In this document: piece by piece, positions 57,458-64,000 of the stretch
How positions within the stretch are numbered: the first letter of the stretch is position 1
Layout of the letters: each line of letters begins with the position of its first letter
Assembly (NCBI GenBank): GCA_964465065.1
Contig: CAYXHZ010000003.1
Span: 9,975 to 73,974, forward strand
Source: an uncultured Clostridia bacterium
GTDB lineage: Bacteria > Acidobacteriota > Aminicenantia > UBA2199
Reading direction: 5' to 3'
Length of the DNA: 64,000 nucleotides
The notes under the pieces: model-generated
The model's database searches: none
Told to the model about the DNA's origin: nothing
Seen by the model: only the letters and a program-made list of their open reading frames with translations
Translations under genes and position numbers: made by a program

Positions 57458-59284
57458 TCAGCGTTTCTGGGAACGGCTCAGGATACGCAGCTGCTGAGTG
57501 AGGGTGTCCAGCTCGACTTCCTCGCCCTTGCTGCGGAAATCCCGGCCTTTATCGACGGTGACGGTACCGGTGAAACGCATTTTGCCCCGGTTGCGGTCCC
57601 ATTCCAGTTTGTCGGCGTCCACCTGGTACTGTTTGTCCTGAAAATGGACCGGCTTGTCGGCCAGAATCGTGCTCAGTCCCTGACCGCTCGTCCAGTTCAA
57701 GGTCAGCGTTCCGGCCGTAACCTGATTTTCGGCCATGATGAGCCGGGCCTTCCCCTCCACCATGATTTTCGGCGTTTTCTTGCTGTTGACGATCCGAATC
57801 TTGGCCCCGGTCAGCAGCACCTTGTCATCTCCTTCCTGAAACGAGAACAACACATCGCGGTCGGCGACGATCTCCTGGTCGGCGATATACAGGTCCTGAC
57901 AACGGAGTTTGAGCTTCTCCTGGGTCACTTCCACCGCACCCGTGTAGCGGATACTGCCCTGGCGGTCCTCGAGGTCGACCGTCGCGGCGCGGATCATCAC
58001 CGGTTCGGCGCTGAAGGGCGGGCGCTTTTTCAGGGTCACGCTCGAGGTCACTCCGTTCCCGGATTGCAGAGCGTTACGAGCCGTATCGACCTCGATGCTC
58101 TTGCCGTGAAACAGTTGTCCCCGCTTGCGGATCCAGGTGCCGGGTCCGGAAATGACGGCCAGATTCCTTTTGGGTTTGTAGATCAGCTTGTCGCCTTGTC
58201 CCGAATACGCATTCAGCTTGAAGTCGACCTGACCGTTGGACTCGCTTTCAGCCAGTTCCCCCCGGTCGTCGAAGTCGAAACGTCCCTGGTTGCCGGTCAC
58301 TTGAAAATTTCGCCGTTCTCCCTGGTAAATCCACTCCCCACGACCGGGCATTTCCACCTGTTTGACAAAACCGCCGACCTCGTCGAGGCGCACCCGAAAA
58401 GATTCCGATCTGCCGCTCACATGGCCTGAAGGCGTATCGATATCCAGTTCCACCGTGCCGTGCAATTCCGACTCGCGCAACAGTCCGCCCTGGTAAAGTC
58501 CGAGCATCCGTCCCGCCTTGTAGGCGTAACGGTTTTTATCCTCGGTACCGGGACTGGGGGAGGAAAACAGCTGCACGTCGTCGACGGCCAGAACGCTTTT
58601 GGTTTCCTTCATGGCGTCGTCGAAATCGACGGCCATGCGCTGGCAGACCAGTTTTTTTCCCGCGCCCTCGATGAAGACGTCACCCAGGAAATGGACGCGG
58701 TGGGCGGTGCGGGTCACGGTCAGCTCGCGGCAACGGAAGGTGTGGGGCGAGCCCTCCCAATCCATGACCCCATCGACATCGAAGAGTTTGACGATTTCCT
58801 TGAGCATGTTGTAGTTGAGGCCTTTTTTGGCCTTGCCCGACACCTGGTTGAGACGGAAACTCATCTCGTCTTTTCCGGTCAGATAGTTCTTGTCCTTGAG
58901 CAGCAGGTGGGGACCGGTGAGCAGCAGCGATTTGGATTCGATGCGCACATTGTCGTTGAGCTCGATATTGTACTCGTTGTTGAACAGGTAAGCGTGATCG
59001 GAAAAGGCATGAAAGACCTCGCCCTGAGCGCTTTTAGGCTCTATTTCGGCCTCGAAGCCCTCGAAATGGCGGTCCCGCCCTTCGGCGTTGCGCTGCAGCC
59101 GCGCCTTGATGCGGATCTGTTTCTTGTTACCGACCGCAAAGCTGATGATTTCCACACCCTCGCCGTCGGCCACACGCTGCGTCTTCTCGACCTGGGGTTC
59201 GGGCATGAATATCAGCCAGACCGAAGCGGCCAGGGCAGTCAGGGCCGCGAGCCAACCAGCGAGTTTCAGAATTTTTCTTTTCAT
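57458..59284 (-). CDS. Long LptC/LptA (OstA)-like periplasmic LPS-transport protein
   Basis: N-terminal TM, then beta-rich repeats; LptC-like (IELNDNVRI) and LptA-like (IRYTGAVEVTQEKLKLRCQDL, ADKLEWD...FTGTV) segments. Confidence 0.6.
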   Translation of the reverse strand: MKRKILKLAGWLAALTALAASVWLIFMPEPQVEKTQRVADGEGVEIISFAVGNKKQIRIKARLQRNAEGRDRHFEGFEAEIEPKSAQGEVFHAFSDHAYLFNNEYNIELNDNVRIESKSLLLTGPHLLLKDKNYLTGKDEMSFRLNQVSGKAKKGLNYNMLKEIVKLFDVDGVMDWEGSPHTFRCRELTVTRTAHRVHFLGDVFIEGAGKKLVCQRMAVDFDDAMKETKSVLAVDDVQLFSSPSPGTEDKNRYAYKAGRMLGLYQGGLLRESELHGTVELDIDTPSGHVSGRSESFRVRLDEVGGFVKQVEMPGRGEWIYQGERRNFQVTGNQGRFDFDDRGELAESESNGQVDFKLNAYSGQGDKLIYKPKRNLAVISGPGTWIRKRGQLFHGKSIEVDTARNALQSGNGVTSSVTLKKRPPFSAEPVMIRAATVDLEDRQGSIRYTGAVEVTQEKLKLRCQDLYIADQEIVADRDVLFSFQEGDDKVLLTGAKIRIVNSKKTPKIMVEGKARLIMAENQVTAGTLTLNWTSGQGLSTILADKPVHFQDKQYQVDADKLEWDRNRGKMRFTGTVTVDKGRDFRSKGEEVELDTLTQQLRILSRSQKR

Positions 59285-59415
59285 GTCCGTACAGACCTGC
59301 ATACCGGAAAACGGTATCATTATAACAAAAGATCACCGGCAGGCAATGCCGGCTTTTCAGAAACATACCCCGTTCCGATTGACCCCGCCGGACGCTTTCA
59401 TTATAATTCTGGACC

Positions 59416-60807
59416 ATGAGACTCTTCCTGCTCATCATTCTGGTCGCGACTCTGGGCCTTAATTCCTGCCGGCAGCGGATTGAAACCATTCCCCCTTTGT
59501 CCGCGCCGCTGTTGCAGGAGGAACTCGCCCGCCTGCCCGGAAATGCCCTGCTGATCATTCCCAAACCGGACAGAATCCTCGTTCTGTGCGACAACGGCGC
59601 CCTGATCGAAACCCCGTCCGGTCGAAAACTCCTCGACCTCAACCAGACCATAAGCAAGGCCTTTCTCGTCCAGCCCGACCACCTGGTGATCCAGAGCGAC
59701 AAACGGATCGCCGAGGTTTTCATCAAACCCGGCGAAGTGGTCATGAACCCGCTGCCGCTGCCCGGAAACGCCCGTTTGCTGACAGCCAGCGCATCCGGAC
59801 TGGTTTACGCTCACAAAGACCGGCTGATCTGGGCGTCGCTGAACGGTCTGAAAACCACGGACTTGAAAGAGAATCCGGAACACTTCCTGACCGTACTGGA
59901 AAACGGGGACCAACGCATCCAACTGTTCTGCAACGACACCGTGTACAGCAAACGCTACGCAGACAAGGAATTCCGAAAAACAAGCCTGGATCGCAGACTG
60001 GACTTTCCTCCAACCCTCATCGGCCGGCACATCTGGGCCATGGATTCACAGCGCCGTTTGCTCAAGTACCGAAACGACGACCTGACTCTGCTCTGGTCCA
60101 GGGATCTGGACCATAAACTGCTCTTTGCGCCGGTCAGCGGCCAGCGGGAAAGTTTCCTCATCACGCACTCGGCCACGCTGTTGGCCGTCAACGAGCGAGG
60201 CACCCAGGCCTGGTACGCCTACCTGGGCGGTTTACCTCTCAGCGCCCCGCTGCTCATCGATCAACGCATCGCCGTTCCGGTCCGCGTCCGCGAGACTGTC
60301 CAGCTCCGCATCTACGACCGGCACGGCCGATTGCTCGCCGACCATCCTTTGGGCGAGGACGCCCAAGCGCCCTTTCTGCTTCAGGACGACAGACTGCTCT
60401 ACCTCGGTCGGGCGCAGGACAAGACCCCGACCCTCCAGCAGGCTTCGACTCTGTTCGCGGTCAGCAGCAACCTGGCGGCCATGAGCCAGGTGCCCAAAGA
60501 CACTTTGCTGCCCATCGAAGTGAGCAGCATCAACCTCATCAGGCCAAGCCACAAGCTGACCATAAACGACAGCGGCAAAAAAACCGTCTGGACGGCGCAG
60601 ATCGGCCCGTTGGAACGGAAAACCCCCGTCTGGAAGCCGGAACAGGCCGGAAACTATACCCTGCTCATCGAAACCGACAGTCAGAACCAATCCACCCTGC
60701 AGCTCGAAACCCCCTTCACGGTGTTCGATCGGACGGCTCTTTTCCGCCCCTCCCTGGACAAATACCTGCAGTACATCCTGCGCCAGGAAGACGATCGGAA
60801 ACCATGA
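59416..60807 (+). CDS. Lipoprotein with PQQ-like beta-propeller (BamB-like) and C-terminal Ig-like domain
   Basis: LNSC lipobox; LLW/AW blade repeats with LSAPLL motifs. Confidence 0.55.
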   Translation: MRLFLLIILVATLGLNSCRQRIETIPPLSAPLLQEELARLPGNALLIIPKPDRILVLCDNGALIETPSGRKLLDLNQTISKAFLVQPDHLVIQSDKRIAEVFIKPGEVVMNPLPLPGNARLLTASASGLVYAHKDRLIWASLNGLKTTDLKENPEHFLTVLENGDQRIQLFCNDTVYSKRYADKEFRKTSLDRRLDFPPTLIGRHIWAMDSQRRLLKYRNDDLTLLWSRDLDHKLLFAPVSGQRESFLITHSATLLAVNERGTQAWYAYLGGLPLSAPLLIDQRIAVPVRVRETVQLRIYDRHGRLLADHPLGEDAQAPFLLQDDRLLYLGRAQDKTPTLQQASTLFAVSSNLAAMSQVPKDTLLPIEVSSINLIRPSHKLTINDSGKKTVWTAQIGPLERKTPVWKPEQAGNYTLLIETDSQNQSTLQLETPFTVFDRTALFRPSLDKYLQYILRQEDDRKP

Positions 60808-61691
60808 GGGTCAGCCAGGGAATCGAGGGTCGGCAGCTGACCACCATCCGCATCGGCGGTCCCCTGCGGCAATTGATCCAGACCGATTCGGTTCAGGAGC
60901 TCAGCGAACTGGTTCGAAAATTCCGTAAAGAAAACGAGCCGTTCGTCCTGATCGGCTGCGGCAGCAACATCGTTTTCCCTGAACGGGCCGAACAACTCAG
61001 CGTTCTGCGTTTTACCGGCTGCGCCATTGCCGAGTGCGGACTGGATTGCATCGAGCTGGAAAGCGGTTGTACCATTTCCCGGCTGATGGGCTGGTGCCAT
61101 GGTCACGGCCGCGGCGGCCTGGAATTTCTGATCGGCATTCCCGGCAGCCTCGGCGGTGCCCTGGCCGTGAACGCCGGCGCCTTCGGAGAATCGGTCGGCG
61201 ATCGGCTGATCTCGGCCCAGGTCATCGACGATCAGGGCCGGCTGCAGAGCTGGTCGACACGGGATTTCGCCTTCAGCTACCGGGACTGTCGGATCAAATT
61301 CGGCCAGGAGATCATCGTCAGCGCCATACTGACCGCTCCAGCTGACTGCCGGGAGAACATCGGTCGCCGCATGCGCGAACACATCGCTCACCGTTTGGCC
61401 AACCATCCGGTCAAATCCCCGTCGGCGGGATGTTTCTTCAAAAATCCCCGCCCCGGAAAAGACGGCATCAGCGCCGGCAGGCTGATCGACCAATGCGGCC
61501 TGAAGGGATTTTGCCGCGGCGATTTGCAGATCTCCAGCGAACACGCCAACTTCATCGTCAACAACGGTCGGGCGGACCTCGGCCAGTTGAACGAATTCTC
61601 GCGCTTCATCCAGGAGCAGGTGCAGCGGAAAACCGCCTTCACACTGGAGCGGGAGGTCATCTGGATCGCACCCGACGGGCGTAAATACTGA
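60804..61691 (+). CDS. murB: UDP-N-acetylenolpyruvoylglucosamine reductase
   Basis: IGCGSNI, GLEFLIGIPGSLGGALAVNAGAFG, FSYRD, SAGCFFKNP, SEHANFIVN, LEREV. Confidence 0.96.
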   Translation: MRVSQGIEGRQLTTIRIGGPLRQLIQTDSVQELSELVRKFRKENEPFVLIGCGSNIVFPERAEQLSVLRFTGCAIAECGLDCIELESGCTISRLMGWCHGHGRGGLEFLIGIPGSLGGALAVNAGAFGESVGDRLISAQVIDDQGRLQSWSTRDFAFSYRDCRIKFGQEIIVSAILTAPADCRENIGRRMREHIAHRLANHPVKSPSAGCFFKNPRPGKDGISAGRLIDQCGLKGFCRGDLQISSEHANFIVNNGRADLGQLNEFSRFIQEQVQRKTAFTLEREVIWIAPDGRKY

Positions 61692-61692
61692 C

Positions 61693-62655
61693 ATGTCCGC
61701 CAAGAGCCTGATCTTTCTTTTCCTGGACGGTGTCGGCATCGGCGAAAACGACGGTCAGATCAACCCGTTCCGCCGCCTGAACAGCGACTGGCTGCCTTTC
61801 TTTTCCCCGACTCCGGACAACGACGGCTCCCGCCCCTACTGCCTCAAGGCCGTCGATGCCTGCCTGGGCGTACCGGGAATCCCCCAGAGCGGGTCCGGTC
61901 AGACTACACTGTTCAGCGGACTCTCCTACCCCGGGTTCAGCGGCGAACACGCCGGCAGTTTTCCGACCCGGTCCATGCGGCAATGGCTTTTCGAGCACAA
62001 CCTGCTGAAAAGGCTCATCGCCGCCGGATGCCCGGCGCGTTTCTTCAACGCCTACCCCTTCCATGCCGAACTGTTTGCCGCACCCAACCTGCAGCTGAGC
62101 GCCGACGGTTGTCTGCACTTTTCATCGGCCTTCCCCAGTCTGTTCCGCCGCCGCATATCGGCCACCACCTCCATGATGCTCAGCACCGGACAGGCGGTGG
62201 CCTCGGAGCATGACATGCTCCAGGAAAAAGCGCTCTACCAGGATTTCAGCAATCGTTCGCTGATTCGACGCGGCGCCGATCTGCCCCTGCTCAGCCCCGC
62301 TCAGGCCGGCAGGATTCTGGGCCGCTGCGGCCGGGACAACCCCGGACTGACCCTGTACGAATTCTTTCTGAGCGACCAGACCGGCCACCGCGGCCGACTC
62401 GACGACGCCGTCAGCCTGCTGGGAGACTTGGCGGAGTTCGTCGCCGCCGTCGGCTCCGTTCTGGACGCCGACCGTCACACCCTGCTCATCTGCAGCGACC
62501 ACGGTAACATCGAGGACATGAGCCATCCGGGACATACCCGTAACCCAGTGCCGCTCTGGATCTGGGGGCGCGGCCGGGAACGGCTCTGCGCAGAGGTCGA
62601 CACCATCGCCGACCTGAGTCCGGCCATCATCCGCTACCTGCTGGCGAAAGAATAG
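61693..62655 (+). CDS. Metalloenzyme-domain protein (iPGM / phosphopentomutase-like)
   Basis: FLDGVGIG, PQSGSGQTTLF, DQTGH, SDHGNIED, HTRNPVP. Confidence 0.8.
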   Translation: MSAKSLIFLFLDGVGIGENDGQINPFRRLNSDWLPFFSPTPDNDGSRPYCLKAVDACLGVPGIPQSGSGQTTLFSGLSYPGFSGEHAGSFPTRSMRQWLFEHNLLKRLIAAGCPARFFNAYPFHAELFAAPNLQLSADGCLHFSSAFPSLFRRRISATTSMMLSTGQAVASEHDMLQEKALYQDFSNRSLIRRGADLPLLSPAQAGRILGRCGRDNPGLTLYEFFLSDQTGHRGRLDDAVSLLGDLAEFVAAVGSVLDADRHTLLICSDHGNIEDMSHPGHTRNPVPLWIWGRGRERLCAEVDTIADLSPAIIRYLLAKE

Positions 62656-62688
62656 AACCGCACGGGAAACCGACCCGGCACAGGCCGA

Positions 62689-63999
62689 TTATCGGTCCGT
62701 CGCCACGACGAGCTCCAGGGTCTGCTTCCGGGCATGAGCCGAACGGTACTCCAGAGTCAGCGTCCCCTGGCCTTCGACCAGAAAATCGTAGCACAGCGTT
62801 CCGAAGGCCGGAACCGTGAGAAACTGCACTTGAGGCCGATGGATCTGGTAATCCACCCGGTCGGTGAATTCGTCGCGTACCAGTCCTGCGGCCCGGACCT
62901 TGAGCCCCGAAGCCCTGAGCGTGTCCTGAGGGTAGAGCTGGAGCTGCCGGGCCAGAGCGGACATGGTCGGCAATCCCTGGCTGTTGTGCAAACGAACCCG
63001 TACCCGGCTCAAACCGCCGCCCATGGAGGTCAGACTGATCTTTTCCAGTTTGACCAGCGGCAGGTTCTCGGCGGTGAAGATGACGGCGGCTGCGCTCCGG
63101 TGCACCATGTCCTTGATCATGAACGGCGCCGGCATACGGGAACTCGTCTTGACCCAGCCGCCGATTTCGATGTCGCCGTAGGTCGGATGCCGAAACGGTT
63201 TCCAGGCCTTGTAGAGCTCGCCATGGGCCAGATGGTCGTTGAACTTGAGCCGCTCGCGGTCACGCTCGATACGACTCGAGAAAAAATCTTCTTCCTCCTC
63301 CCGTCCCTTGCGGTCCTGGTCCTGGCGGCTCCGGTAGGTCTCGCTGGCACTGTTGAACAGTTCGCCGACAAAGCCGAAGGCACCCTGCACATTGCTCATC
63401 CATTCCACAAAATCGCCGTAGGTGGGATACAGATCCTTCCAGGAGATCATGTAGCGGTATCCGGGCAGCATATTCTCGGCGTTCTTTCCCAGGTAATCGT
63501 AAACGGCCACATCCTCGCGGGGGTATTCTCCCTGCTCCCTGGCGCTGGGCCCGCGCAGAATCATGCCGCCGCAGTTGTGAAAGGCCCAGGCCACGCAGAT
63601 GTTGGGACGTTTGCGGATGAAACGGGCCAGGGCGCGGATACCGGCTCCGGAAAACGGGTACTGGCCGCTGCCGCTCTCGACATAGGACGGCTGCCAGTTG
63701 AAACCCCAGTTGCGGTTGCCGTCGACATAGCCCTCTCCGTCTTCGTTGATTTCACCATCGTCGTCGTTGTCGATGCCTTCCTCGCCCAGAACACGCCATT
63801 GCCCGGTCTCGCCGGGTTTGATGCGCACCAGCAGCCGACTGTCCTCGGCGTCTTGCTTCCAGCCGCCGAAGGGATCGCGGATGCGCATGGTGGCGATGGT
63901 GCCGTCACCGTCCAGGTCGTCGACGGGATCCTCGTCGCACAAGCCGTCGTTGTCGTCGTCGCTGGGAATGCGCAGGCTGCGGTTGCCGCCGTAGGCGCT
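62689..63999 (-). CDS. M14 zinc carboxypeptidase-family protein, 5' part beyond the window edge
   Basis: DGNRNWG, FPFS-like PFSG, AFHN zinc ligand, YGDFVEW, catalytic GELF; frame open to the window end. Confidence 0.85.
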   Translation of the reverse strand, partial: SAYGGNRSLRIPSDDDNDGLCDEDPVDDLDGDGTIATMRIRDPFGGWKQDAEDSRLLVRIKPGETGQWRVLGEEGIDNDDDGEINEDGEGYVDGNRNWGFNWQPSYVESGSGQYPFSGAGIRALARFIRKRPNICVAWAFHNCGGMILRGPSAREQGEYPREDVAVYDYLGKNAENMLPGYRYMISWKDLYPTYGDFVEWMSNVQGAFGFVGELFNSASETYRSRQDQDRKGREEEEDFFSSRIERDRERLKFNDHLAHGELYKAWKPFRHPTYGDIEIGGWVKTSSRMPAPFMIKDMVHRSAAAVIFTAENLPLVKLEKISLTSMGGGLSRVRVRLHNSQGLPTMSALARQLQLYPQDTLRASGLKVRAAGLVRDEFTDRVDYQIHRPQVQFLTVPAFGTLCYDFLVEGQGTLTLEYRSAHARKQTLELVVATDR

Positions 64000-64000
64000 G

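Overview
A 64-kb, GC-rich (roughly 60% by eye) chromosomal segment of a diderm, LPS-producing bacterium. The style of several genes (TPR/cohesin secretin cluster, long LptC/LptA-like protein, small conserved hypotheticals) suggests Acidobacteriota/Aminicenantia, but this is inference. Most of the window is housekeeping and envelope genes: rmlA-C-D-B, polA, trpS, argF, rpoZ-waaF-gmhB, rpsO-pnp, gcvT-H-PA-PB-glyQ-glyS-radA, hup, serS, a T2SS/T4P-like cluster and murB. Three accessory features stand out. (1) A four-helix-bundle gene (18043-18624) is bracketed by two related GTGGAC/GTCCAC palindromic arrays whose ends abut or supply -35 boxes for three promoters. (2) A low-GC REP-associated tyrosine transposase (RAYT) gene is flanked by inverted 24-bp repeats; a 160-bp duplication lies at its 3' end and a solitary repeat copy lies 12 kb away. 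(3) A three-gene module encodes a small YIDPGTGS membrane protein, a kinase-like/methyltransferase fusion (NoeA-like) and a sulfatase-fold membrane transferase (NoeB-like). Also noted are several apparently leaderless genes, a candidate sRNA after radA and an orphan ACT-repeat protein. No rRNA, tRNA or CRISPR array was recognised. All assignments come from motif recognition by eye; no database searches were run.
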